This document shows, piece by piece, positions 24,611 to 36,520 of a stretch of 64,000 bases of DNA. A program made the position numbers and the translations under genes. How positions within the stretch are numbered: position 1 is the stretch's first letter; every line of letters starts with the position of its first letter. A model generated the notes under the pieces. The model searched no databases. It worked only from the letters and a program-made list of their open reading frames with translations, and was not told the origin of the DNA. The stretch lies in the NCBI GenBank assembly GCA_977017645.1, contig OZ360242.1, forward strand, positions 61,814,001-61,878,000, read 5' to 3'. This DNA is from Torpedo marmorata. Lineage: Eukaryota.

Positions 24611-26802
24611 AGCAAGCACAGAAAGATCCAACCATACACTTTGAGGCAGGTCGGATTTAGAAATTGCACAGATGAAGAGCTGAGAACATTTAATTTCCAC
24701 TGAAATTAAATATCATGCATTAAGGTTATTTAAAATGGTGCATGTGTATGGATGGTTTCTGCAGTTTAAACAACAAAGGTGCCAAAGCAATGATGTCAAT
24801 TGCTTGCAGTTTTGTATACTGACCAAGTTTGGATCCAGATCTGGAGTAGCTAATTAGTCAAGCATATCAACACCCATGAAACACTCTTGGTGCTGTGGAA
24901 GTAGTTGAAGAAACCCTGTCAACAAATGTTTGAAGATTCTTGTGAATTTTCCTGTCCTCATCTACAACAGTAACTTTTCCAAAGGCAGAAGAGAGACTAT
25001 CTCCAGAGGAGGAACCTGTTGACCACAGTCATCTTTCAGACAAATTTGGAAGTGAGATGGCTTCTTCTGAAGTGCAATTGGAGAGGAGATTAGACCAAAG
25101 TTTGTGACCTGGCAGCAAGACTGAATCAATACTTTGTTTGTTAATTGTACAATATCGAGAGAGTATTTGCCTTTATATGTTTGACTTAAGTTTACAGAAA
25201 AGATAATATTTTTGAAAGAGAGGGCAAAATTGTACATTTCTATATAGCCACCCACCATTATTGGAAGAGCAAGTCCTGTGATATGCCCATCTTGTAACTA
25301 ATTGAAGCAATCAGATAAGTGGAAGAGTAAGATGTACATAGCTTAGGTTTTTGGTGCTCATCCTTACTAATAAACCATGACTAATCTTTGATATCAATGA
25401 GTCCACATGTACATCAGCATAACGTAGAAAACAACACTCTGCCTTCTGCACTCAAATCCATATCATTAATACACTTCAAGAAACAAGTCATACAAGTAAT
25501 AAACCTTGGGGAAAGCAATTGCATTGCTTTCTTCAAAATAAGTGGCAACTATTCACAATGACACTTTGATTACTGATCCTGTCAATTTCATAATCATGTT
25601 CCCACTGGCCCATTTCCAATCCAAGTAAAATTTACAATCCCACTTCAAAGAATATATTATCCAGACCAAGGAATATTTATTGCCTCATGTTGGGGTGAAA
25701 ATTATTTCTCATTTCATTTTTGTTAATTTCCTATCCAATGTGATACTTATTGGTCTGTACTAGATATCCTCTGCACATTAGGTATTGACTGCATTTCATA
25801 GAAGTGGAGGCACCAGGGGTTCGGGGGTGGGGGGTTCAGCACGATTACTTCCCTGAAGGACTTGAGTAAACCAGTTAGCTCTTTAACAACAGTTCTGTAA
25901 ATCCTGGAACTCACGACAAAGTGAGAACATCTTCACCAAAAAGACATTGGTGAGTCACCACCACTTTCTCAAGATCTGTTAGGAATTGGCAATAAATACC
26001 AGACTTGCCAGTGATGCTCACATCCTGAAAAACAAATTTTTTAAAACGTCAAATGCATTCTACTCGTTTGCTTACAAGTGATTGATTGTTACAATGAGAT
26101 TTGAGTGTCCAGTCTCTGGAATGCCAGACCACTTTTTTATGGGTTTTTTTTTTCATTTCTGTCCAGGATGTGAGCAGCACAGGCAAGCCCACATTCCTAA
26201 ATGCCCTTGAGAAGCTGGTGGTGAGTTGCCTTTTCGAACTGCTACCATAGCAACATGCTTCAGATGCCATGCTTTGGAGATTCACATTGAATTCATTTAA
26301 TATTTGCAATGGCCCTGTCTGACATGAGTGCATTTACATTTTTGTGAGCATCTACTGCAGAGGTGTTCCATTTTCTTCTATACGCCTTCAAAGGCTGGTG
26401 ACTAACTGTGTCATCATCTGAGAGGCTGTCCGCATCTGTGGCTTTAAGAGAAAGATTCGGAAGCTGATCAGTACAATCTGTAGTGAGGAGCCGTTTTATA
26501 TCGAGATTCTGGTTCCTGTGTGTGCTGTATTACCTGGAGCTGTCCCTTAAATAGTAACCAATCTACTGAAGCAAAGCTGTTGTCACACCAATTGTGTCAG
26601 AACTGGATCACATACTGGTGCCTTGAGCTGTGTTAACCTCAGCTGCTTCTCAAAAGGGAGTCTGCTTTTCCTCCTCTACAATGCTGCCTTAACCTGAAGG
26701 GTCTATTTTTAAGATGCCAACGATTGTTCTTGATGCAGTCGGAGGTTCACCTGGAAAGAACATCTTCCTTCGTGTAACCACTCTCTGTTTTTAACGCTGC
26801 AG

Positions 26803-26887
26803 TTACTGCAAGTGGTTCTCAGCCAGAAGGGATCTGCTCCAGAAATAGCAGGAGGTGACGGAGCTGCCAAATCTGAGCAGACTGCAG
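26803..26887 (+). CDS. CASKIN1: CASKIN1 coding exon
   Basis: ctctctgtttttaacgctgcag|TTA...GCAG|gtaggc, 85 nt, phase 0-1. Encodes LLQVVLSQKGSAPEIAGGDGAAKSEQTA(G), compared with mammalian LLATVLSQK. Not visible in the supplied ORF track. Confidence 0.9.
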
Positions 26888-28004
26888 GTAGGCCTTGAGC
26901 ATTGAGACGCGCAACTCTTTGTTAAAAGTGCGGGAGGAAAAGGGGGAAATAAGTGAAAGATGCCAGTTTGTGCAGAATCTTCTAGGTCCTCCGTCCTTCT
27001 TGGTAAAAGACGGTGTCCCTGCATGTACACTTCAGGGTAACAACAAGGACTAGATTCAATAGCAAATCTAAATCCATCAATCCTTGTGATTTACAATGAA
27101 ATATTATTGAGTAATTGAACATAAACTGCAATACATATTTCAGGAAGATATGCCCCACCACAAACATGTTTTAGTCCTTTTTAAAAAGTGATTGCAGTGA
27201 GTGCTGGAGCAAATTCAATGCATGCCCATTGCTTTTCTGGTGCTGAGTGCCCATGTTTTCTGTATGCAAGTAAACCATGTATTCTGCTGTGAGAATTACC
27301 AAGAACCAAGGAGACAGTTTGGCATGTTGTACAAGTGCTGGCTAATTCGATGGCGTTTCTAATTAATCACACTCCCCCTGCTCGTTCCCCAAATCCCTAC
27401 AGAGGTTTCCTTTTCATTTTTGGAAAGTTACTGTTGAATCTGCTTCCACAACCTTTTCAGGGTGTATATCCTGGATCTTAATAAAGTGCTACCTAAAATT
27501 GCCCCCTTTTATGATCAGGGCAATTCTCTCTGCAGTTGCTGTGTTTATTTGTGGTTATGAAGCAATATAATTTTAATGTTGTGCAAATAAAATCATTACA
27601 GTGTGAGTCATAACACAGCTTCATTTAATTCTCCTCCCTGTCCTGAAGATGCTGATTTGTACTGAATAGAGTTTCATGGGTAAATGGATTGCCTGGTAAC
27701 GTTCTTTATATGTCAGCCTGGATACCGGTAGCAAGTTGGTTCACTTTGAAGGATATCAATTTGATTCATTTACTGCCCTTGCTTGCCATCAACAATGGGT
27801 ACCCCTCAGGGTTACTGGATGGCAAATTCCTAATTACTCCCCTCCCCCACCAATCTCTCTACCTAGGGACACTGAGTTCATTGTGCCAAGTTACCCTCCA
27901 TCCATTGTGAGTTACAACTGCTCTGTTGTCTGGGGAGTGGACGGGATAAGCATGGGCAAAACCTTCACTCCCAAGCGAAATCCTGTGGCACCCTTCATGG
28001 AGTC

Positions 28005-28220
28005 ATAGAGTTCTGCAGCATGGAAAAGGCCATTTGGTCCTACTCATCCATGCTACCATTGCCGATCTAAGCTCATCCCATTTGCCAGCGTTTAGCCCAT
28101 GTCCCTCTAAACCTTCCCTAGCCACACACCTGCCAAGTGTACTTTAAATGGTGTAATTGTACCTGCCTCTGTAGCTTTTTCTGGCAGCTCATTCCGTATA
28201 TGCACCACTCTTTGTGTAAA
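28005..28220 (-). mobile_element. CR1 LINE 3' fragment
   Basis: ATAGAGTTCTGCAGCATGGAAAAGGCCATTTGG...CTGGCAGCTCATTCC..CACCACTCTTTGTGT. Confidence 0.7.
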
Positions 28221-28877
28221 CTGATGTGAGGCTGGGGCAGTGGTAATCGCTCTCATGGTCAAACAAGGGCCAAGGAGCTCAGGTCATGTGAAGAGTAGCC
28301 ACTTAGGGAGGAGAGAAAAGGCGGCTGTTAGTTTCAGAAACATGTGCATACTCCATCCCAGCTTGCACATCCAACGTCATTGGAGACATGGCAAGAGGTG
28401 CTGAAGGTTTCTCCTATAACTTCCGATCAAGCATTCAGTCCTCTAACTTGATTCAACCGCATTAGAGCAAATTGTTGGGAAATGTTCCAATTTAAAGTAT
28501 TAAGTAATTTTTCCAAAAATACATTAGTTTAAATATCCACAATCAAGGGCATTTATTGCAAGATTATGATAACATAAATAGCTTGTATGGACATTTTAAG
28601 ACTAGATAGTCCATGCAGAGTTCCTTGCTTTTGTATAACACTTCAAACTCAGCTAAGCTGCCCATCTTTGCATGTGAAGCTACCAAGAACGTGCCTACAG
28701 CAGATGTGACCACATGGACACCCACTGGTTGCCCAGATTGTCCTGAACCAACATATATAAAAGCACAACAACAATGGGCCCTGGATCGCACAGGAGTGAG
28801 CTGATGGTTTAACTGTTACCCTCCTAGGGGCCTAGAAGCAGCATTGAACAAATACAATTGACAGTCAATAACCATGA

Positions 28878-29520
28878 ATTCAGATTTCAGATTTATTGTC
28901 AGAGTACATACATGACATCACATACAACCCTGAGAATCTTTTTCCTGCGGGCGAGGCAGAATTACCATTTATTGGTAGTGCAAAAAAAAAACTGTACTCA
29001 CGGTACACATGTAAACAAATAAAGAAACGTAAACAAACTGTGCAATACAGAGAGAAAAATAAATAAATTAAGTGCAAAAGTAAAAGTCCTTAAATGAGTC
29101 CCTGATGGAGTTTGTTGTTGAGGAGTCTGATGGTGGAGGGGTAGCAGCTGTTCCTGAACCTGGTGGTGCGAGTCTTGTGGCACCTATACCTCTTTCCTGA
29201 TGGTAGCAGCGAGAACAGAGCATGTGCTGGGTGGTGTGGATCCTTGATGATTGCTGCTGCTCTCCAATGGCAGCGTTCCCTGTAGATGTTCTCGATGGTG
29301 TGGAGGGTTTTGCCTGTGATGTCCTGGGCTGTGTCCACTACCTTTTGCAGGGCTTTACGCTCAGGGATATCGGTGTCCCCATTCCAGACCGTGATGCAGC
29401 CGGTCAGCACACTTTCCACCACACATCTGTAGAAATTTGCCAGGGTTTCCGATGTCATACCAAACCTCCGCAAACTCCTGAGGAAGTAGAGGCACTGACA
29501 TGCTTTCTTCATGATGTCAT
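28878..29520 (-). mobile_element. Rex1/Babar family B, 5'-truncated
   Basis: [63 protein letters not shown]; tail TCTGAAATCTGAA. Confidence 0.92.
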
Positions 29521-29827
29521 TACTGTGTTGGATCCAGGAATTTGGGGTCTGGTTGAAGATTATTTGATCCAACAATATCAGAATCCCAATCTGTGACTCC
29601 TCTTGCTATGAGCTTCTGTTAAACCTTCTCCACTTGCTTAGATTTGGGGCAGGTGTGCCCAGCTGTGGTCTCTTATTCCAAAAAAGATGCATGAGAAGTG
29701 GAAGGAGGGCAGTGTTGAGTGCATAGTTGGGCCGATGGTCTGTTTTTATGTTATTCTATATTAATTGATCAAGTGTGGGAGACAGATAAAACCCCTCTGA
29801 CGTTGTATTGGATGTGTTTTACCACAG

Positions 29828-29925
29828 GAGTTGTTCGGCCTCAGACCGCAGCCAGCTGTCCTGTAGCAGAGCAACCGTACGGCGAGTCCCAGCTGAAGAA
29901 GGCAGACACACTATCGGAAGCAAAG
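29828..29925 (+). CDS. CASKIN1: CASKIN1 coding exon preceding SAM1
   Basis: ttttaccacag|GA...AAG|gtaagt, 98 nt, phase 1-0. Encodes (G)VVRPQTAASCPVAEQPYGESQLKKADTLSEAK, compared with mammalian GVAR.Q..Q.YGEQ..KK...SEGK. Confidence 0.9.
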
Positions 29926-30679
29926 GTAAGTGAGTCTGCAAACACCAGCATAGTGACCATAAACAGCAGCAGGGGAAAGATGCACACTTTCAAATCAGTC
30001 AGGTGTTTTCTCCCTTCCCCCATCCCTCTTTTCCTGTCTGCACAGTAATTCCTCTGGCTGGGATCAGAGCTGGAAGACGGTGAGTAATCATTTATTCTTG
30101 TTAGAGATTTGTATCTGTTCACATTCCTTTTCACAAATTGACAGATGTGACCACTCCATTGTGGTCACTCCATTTGTGACCACTGCATTTCACTCCATTG
30201 TGAGACTGACAGATGTTTTTAAAGCTGGTAACTGCCTACTTATAAAATGTGCATCCAACATCTCCCCTTCATGAAATTGTATCATGAATGTACCAATCAC
30301 CCTTGACTCAATGATTGTAGAGCACACAGGCAAATCATTTGTGGATGTTTGAAAGATGTATCCAGCTACGATATAAAATAGGAGATAATAAGCTGATTAC
30401 GCTTACACTTCAATTCCTATACTGCGTCTTTCTAGTCTGTGACATTCCTTTAGTGAGTTATATACTTGACTGTGACTCAGAACAGATTTTGCAAAAGTGG
30501 ACTGCATTAGCAACAATTCTCGATAATCCAGCAAAGGAACCAACAGTTAACAGATTTCTTTAAGGTGCTGTTATATCGTCAACCAGGGATCATGCTCTTT
30601 GCCACATCAGAAGGAAAGTAGAAGTGAACAGCAATCTGCAAGAAACAGAGTAGGGATGGGGAGAGAGCAAGAGCATACT

Positions 30680-30880
30680 GAATACATACATGTGCACACC
30701 CAGGCACACACCTGCATGCACATTCTTGCATGTACACATAGGCATGCACATACATACCCAGATGCATGCATGCAAACACATGTACATAATCATGCACACG
30801 CTCACTCATACTTATGCACACATGCAGACACACATATAAATTCACACATCCAGCTACAGATATGCACACACAAGTATCGT
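30680..30880. repeat. degenerate (CA/TA/CATG)n low-complexity tract
   Basis: ATACATACATGTGCACAC...ATGCATGCATGCAAACACATG... Confidence 0.85.
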
Positions 30881-30988
30881 CACAAGTACAGAAACATAGT
30901 GCTTAAGTTACCAAAATGGTATTCAAAGACTAGTACTACTTATCTGGAAGTGTAAGTTTGAATTGCTCCATGATAGTTGTGGATTTTA

Positions 30989-31212
30989 GTAAAGGTAAAG
31001 GTTCCATTATTGTCACGTAATACTACATTTAGAATGTAAAATACATGAAATTCTTTAATTTTTGTCTACCGTAAGGCAGACAGAGAGTCGCTACTTTGTC
31101 CAGCGCCCCTCACAGAAACCTACAGCACCTGCCGTTCCTTGGCGGTCTCCCCTCCAAGTACTGTGCCTGCTTAGCTCCGAGATCAGACAATCCCAGTCGT
31201 ATTCAGGCTATT
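30989..31212 (-). mobile_element. 5S rRNA-derived SINE (SINE3) with Rex1-like 3' tail
   Basis: The minus strand of 31119-31212 reads TAGCCTGAA..GTCTGATCTCGGAGCTAAGCAGGCACAGTACTTGGAGGGGAGACCGCCAAGGAA..GGTGCTGTAGG, which aligns with 5S rRNA. It continues into ...GAATTTCATG...TGACAATAATGGAACCTTTACCTTTAC. Confidence 0.88.
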
Positions 31213-32461
31213 GGTAGTATTTAAATAAAATCAGCAAATTAAAAAGTACTGTTGGTAAAAGAACTACTGTTTAGGGATATAAATACAGCTGCTTGATGAA
31301 TGTACCTCAAGGAAGGAAAAAAAAAAATCAGTCTGGCAATTATGTGATTACTGACTCTCATCAATGTGGTTAACACTTTGCATTCCCTGAAATGGCCTTG
31401 GGGACAGTAAGGAATGGATAATAAGGGCTGGGAATTATAGAGTATACTTCTTGTTAGTGAGGCCCTTATTTGAGTGTGACTTGCTCCCACTCCAGTTTTA
31501 TATTCCGACGTGGCCATTGAGGCCAATTTGAAAACCACAGACCCTTCCATACGTGGGCAGGAGATTTCTGATGGGAAATTGAGCATTTTGCACTCTTTCT
31601 GCCACTTAGGCTCATGACATGTGGGCTCGAAGTTCTCGATGCCAACCCAAATGCTCTTTCTCTACTTTGAGCAGTCATGGGTCAAAGGTTACCAGACATC
31701 AGCGGCTGAAGTGCAGCCTGATAGATGCATCTAACATTATGAATGGCATAGATAATAGTGTCCTTTGCTGTTTTTTGTGTCAATTCCATTTCACTCTTTC
31801 AGTAACTGATGTAATGGTGTCAGGACAATTGCATGATCGAGTTAAAATCTAGCATAGTATTGTACCATGGCCAGAAAATAAATTCTACATTTTTTTCAGA
31901 TTTCCTCACCTTTAGGATTGCTTCCACTTTTTCTCAAGCTAGTTGCAATATATTTGCATCCAGTTTCAGCCTAAGATAAACTTGTTTTTGAATAAATGAA
32001 CACTGGACTACATTGTGTTCACATGCCAATCTGAACACTTATTTTAGTATTCAGAGATTCTCTTCTTTGGTACTTTTGGATATTAGCATAATATTTTGAT
32101 TGCATAGATAATGATCGACACTTTGGAGCATCATGTGCAATATATCTTGAAAAATCTTCAGTAATGATTTCATGAATAAAGTCACACAGATGTTTAGATG
32201 ATACTCCTTATCTACGTTCAGCTGGGCATGAGTGTGTATATGTATATTTTTTTGCTGAAATCTGCTCCTGCCATTTCTGCTTATAGATATTATGAAGTGG
32301 GCAGGTTATTTCTTATTGTTATTTACCTTGTGATTATCTAGTCTTGTATGCTTTAGGTATTGCCCAGTCATCCTAATGTGCCATCACTAAAACTGCATTA
32401 TTTTTTAATGTATCTGAGTCTTCCTCCACCATGCACATGGAACTGGTTGTGGCTTGCTGTA

Positions 32462-32995
32462 GCAAAAACACAAAATGCTGGAGAAACTCAGCTGGTCAAA
32501 CAGTGTCCTTTATGTAGCAAAGGTAAAAATACATAACCAACGTTTCGGGCTTGAGCCCTTCATCAAGGTATAAAAGAGTGTCGGCGGGCGTCCGTACAAA
32601 AGGATGGGGGGGGGGGAAGGGGGGTGGTAAAGGCAGGAGATGATAGGTTGAGAAGGGAGGGAGGGGTCAGCAGCGATCAGGGGGAGGAGGGATGGCTAGA
32701 TGGGTAGAGGGGGAGAACTGGAATGGGGGAGGGGAAGGAAAGGCAAGCTAGTTAGCAGAAAGCAGAGAAGTCGATGTTAATGCCATCTGGCTGGAGAGTG
32801 CCCAGACGGAAAATAAGGTGTTGTTCCTCCACTCTGCGGGTGGTCAGGGCGGGACAGCACATAAGGCCATGGACAGACATGTGAGCATGGGAGTGTGACT
32901 CAGAATTGAAATGGTTGGCTACTAGGTGGTCTTTGTTGGGACGGAGGGAGTAGAGGTGCTCAGCGAAGTGATCTCCCAGTCTGCATCCAGTCTCA
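32462..32995 (-). mobile_element. Penelope-like element 3' fragment (GIY-YIG C-terminus plus pLTR)
   Basis: The minus strand encodes ANHFNSESHSHAHMSVHGL and EEQHLIFRLGTLQPDGINIDFS. The pLTR carries TTGATGAAGGGCTCAAGCCCGAAACGTT. Confidence 0.88.
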
Positions 32996-33338
32996 ACTGC
33001 TGATTCCTGGAGTCAAACTTATTGCTCTACAATTTCTGAAATTTTGGAGTACGGTGATCGTCTGGCTTCTAAAGTACTTCACCAAACAAAGCACCTCTAA
33101 CTCTTTAGGAAGTAGGAAATATTGGAAAGGAGAGTGGCCTCAAGAAGGCCTGGAGCCTTGGGAAAGGCACAGCAAATCAGAATGATCCATCCACATGCAA
33201 CAGGCATTTGAACCGTGGGAACAGGCAAGGGCCCGATATATAATATCACAGTGGTCACTTTGGTTCTCAGTTAACTGGCGAAAGTTGAATTTTACTGCTT
33301 CGTGTAAGCCATAGGTTGGCACCTGAACCACAATCAAC

Positions 33339-33790
33339 AGAACATAAGAACATAAGAAATAGGAACAGGAGTAGGCCATCTGGCCTGTCGAGCCTGCTCC
33401 TCTATTCAATGAGATCATGGCTGATCTGATGATAGACTCATCTCCACCTACCCATCTTTTCCCCATACCCCTTAATTCCCCTACTCTGTAAAAATCTATC
33501 CAACCTTGTCTTAAATATATTTACTGAGGTCGCCTCCACTGCTTCAATGGGCAGCAAATTCTACAGATTCACCACCCTCTGGGAAAAGCAGTTCCTCCTC
33601 AGCTCCGTCCTAAATTTACTACCCTGAATCTTGAGGCTGTGTCCCCTAGTTCTAGTTTCCCCCACCAATGGAAACAACTTACCTACCTCAATCTTATCTA
33701 TGCCTTTCATAATTTTATACATTTCTATAAGATCCCCTCTCATTCTTCTAAATTTCAGCGAGTATACCGGTGGTCCCAGACGACTCAATC
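33339..33790 (-). mobile_element. CR1-type LINE 3' fragment
   Basis: ORF YSLKFRRMRGDLIEMYKIMKGID..TRTRGHSLK..FRTELRRNCFSQRVVNL; tail (TTCTTATG)n. Confidence 0.92.
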
Positions 33791-34285
33791 TGCAGTACAT
33801 GAAATTTAGTACAGAATTGCCATTTAAATTAATAGGATGAGTGAATTGCAAAATGAGCCCCTTATTGTGTAATTTGTTGTGGAACACACTCCCCTTCTTC
33901 AGTTTTATTTGGGACTGAGTTCTCAGAGCAGCCACTTGTGGATGCAGATGTCGCTGTGACAACAATTGAACCTTGATTTCCCATTTTCAATTTAGCTGCT
34001 GCTTACTGCCACTCTGCCTCCTTTACAATTCATATGCTTTATGATTTCTGCTTTAATGAAACGCGACAACTGTGCTGCTAATAGCATTGAAAAGAGATAT
34101 AGTGAAGTATTGAGCTGAGCAGACTTTTCTAGAATATTTTCAAATGTTATGTGCATACATTTGACAGGTTAAGGATAGGAATCCATCAGAGCATTATTAG
34201 AGATTGAAAATCTCCGGGTCAATTAATTGTGATTAATAGGTTAAAGGGCTGAGTGAAAACTTTCAATCATTGGATCAGTTTGACA

Positions 34286-35891
34286 ATCAGAATCAGAATC
34301 AGAATTTATTGTCATGAACAAGTCATGAAATTCGGTGTTTTGCGGCAGCATCATAGTGCAAACATTCATATTAACCATCTTACGACATTACTATAAAAAA
34401 TTATAAACAATAGTGCACGAAAAGTAAGGCAGTGTCGTTGGTTCATTGATTATTCAGGAATCTGATGGCAGCGGAGAAGAAGCTGTCCTTGTGCCGTTGA
34501 GTGCTCGTCTTTAGGCTCCTGTACCTTTTTCCCGATGGAAGCAGAGTGAAGAGGGTATGGCCTGGGTGGTGGGGGTCTTTGAGGATAGAGGCTGCTTTTT
34601 TAAGACACCGCCTCATGTAGATGTCCTCGATGGAGTGAAGTTTGGTGCCTGTGATGTCACAGGCCGAGTTAACAACCCTCTGGGAGTTGGCGCCTCCATA
34701 CCAGGCAGTGATGCAACCAGCCAGAATGCTCTCCACGGTACACCTGTAGAAGTTTACGAGAGTCTTTGGTGACATACCGAATCTCCGCAGACACCTCACA
34801 AAGTATAGCCGCTGATGAGCCGCCTTTGTGATAGCATCAACGTGGATGCTCCAGGACAGATCCTCGGAGATGTTGACACCCAGGAATTTGAAGTTCTTGA
34901 CCCTCTCCACTACTGAGCCCTCGATGAGGACTGGGTCGTGTTCCCCTGACTTCCTCCTGAAGTCCACAATCATCTCCTTGGTTTTGCTAACGTTGAGCTC
35001 AAGGTTGTTGCCATTACACCATTCAACGAGCTGATCTATCTCCCTCCTTCCTCATTGCCGTTTGTGATTCTGCCGACAACTGTGGTGTCATCGGCAAACT
35101 TGTAGATGGCATTGGAATTGTGCCTGGCCACACAGTCATGAGTGTATAACGAGTAGAGCAGTGGACTAAGCACGCATCCTTGGGGTGCGCCTGTGTTGAT
35201 AATCAGTGAGGAGGAGACGTTGTTTCCAATTCGTACTGACTGTGGTCTTCCGATGAGGAAGTCAAGGATCCAGTTGCAGAGTGGGGTACAGAGGCCTAGA
35301 GTTTGTAGCTTCTTGACCAGCACTGAGGGAATAATGGTATTGAAGGCCGAGCTGTAGTTGATGAAGAGCAGCTGTATGTATGAATTGCTGTTTTCGAGGT
35401 GATCCAGAGCTGAGTGGAGAGCCAGCAATATTGCATCTGCTGTGGAGCGATTGTGACGATAGGCGAATTGCAGTGGGTCCAGATCTTTGCTTAGGTATGT
35501 GTTAATTCTGGCCATAACCAGCCTCTCAAAGCATTTCATCACAGTAGATGTTAGTGTTACTGGGCGGTAGTCGTTGAGGCAGCCCACACTACTCTTCTTG
35601 GGTACCGGGATGATTGATGCTCTTTTGAAGCAGGTGGGAACCTCTGACTGACGCAATGAGAGGTTGAAAATGTCCGTGAACACTCCGGCTAGTTGGTTGG
35701 CGCAGATTTTCAGTACCCTGCCAGGTACGCCGTCAGGGCCTGACGCCTTGCGAGGGTTCACCCTCTTGAATGATGTTCTGACGTCGCCCTCAGAGACAGA
35801 TATCACAGGGTCCTCAGCCTTTTCAGGGATTCTTGTAGGCACTGTTTTGTTCTTCTTCACAAAGCGGGCATAGAAGGTGTTCAGCTCATCA
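34286..35891 (-). mobile_element. Rex1/Babar LINE, 5'-truncated
   Basis: ORFs 35036-35860 and 34443-34973 (RT and C-terminus); tail (TTCTGA)3. Confidence 0.95.
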
Positions 35892-36039
35892 GCAAAGCAA
35901 TCATTTTAAAATTATTGTGCAGGAATCAATGAATCAATTTATTTGTGGTTCACTCTTGTAATGATCAATAGGAAATAAAGATTTAACAGATACTTGTCAA
36001 TGTTACGTCATAGTAAATCCATGGGTTAATTTTATTCCA

Positions 36040-36520
36040 AATAATCTGGAACACAAAAGTAAGAAAGTCTTGCTATACATGTCTGGAGTTCTGTTGAGAA
36101 CAAGGGTATTGTGTGTAGTTTTGGTTTAAAGAATAGCGTGCTCTGTAGATGCACAAGATTGCTTCCTGGTTAATGATATTGATAAATGACGAGAGATTAA
36201 GGAACTTGGCCAATATTTGCTGGAGTTTAAAATAATGAGAGGTGATCTCATTGAAAAAATATTTGGAGATAGATTAATGGGGTGTGTGCTGGAAAGCTGC
36301 ATCTTTTGGCTGGGGATTCTAAAACTTGCGGCACAGGTTCAGGATAAAGGGCTGTTGTTTAGGACAGGGATAAAACTCTTTACTTCGAAGGTTGTGAACC
36401 TTTTGAAAGTCTGTGTTTAAAAGGTTAATGGTGCATAATCTTTGAATCTATTGGAGGCTGAGATCAATAGATCTTTGATGCCAATAAATTCAAGAAATAT
36501 GGGGCTCGGGTAGGAAAGAG
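36040..36520 (+). mobile_element. old CR1 fragment
   Basis: LEFKIMRGDLIE...KVVNL in ORF 36217-36420. Confidence 0.65.

Noticed and set aside
30579-30955. His/Cys-rich overlapping ORFs
   Set aside because: They are translations of the CA/TG low-complexity tract.
31119-31212. functional 5S rRNA gene
   Set aside because: The 5' end is diverged, there is an internal deletion, there is no T4 terminator, and it is fused to a LINE-like tail.
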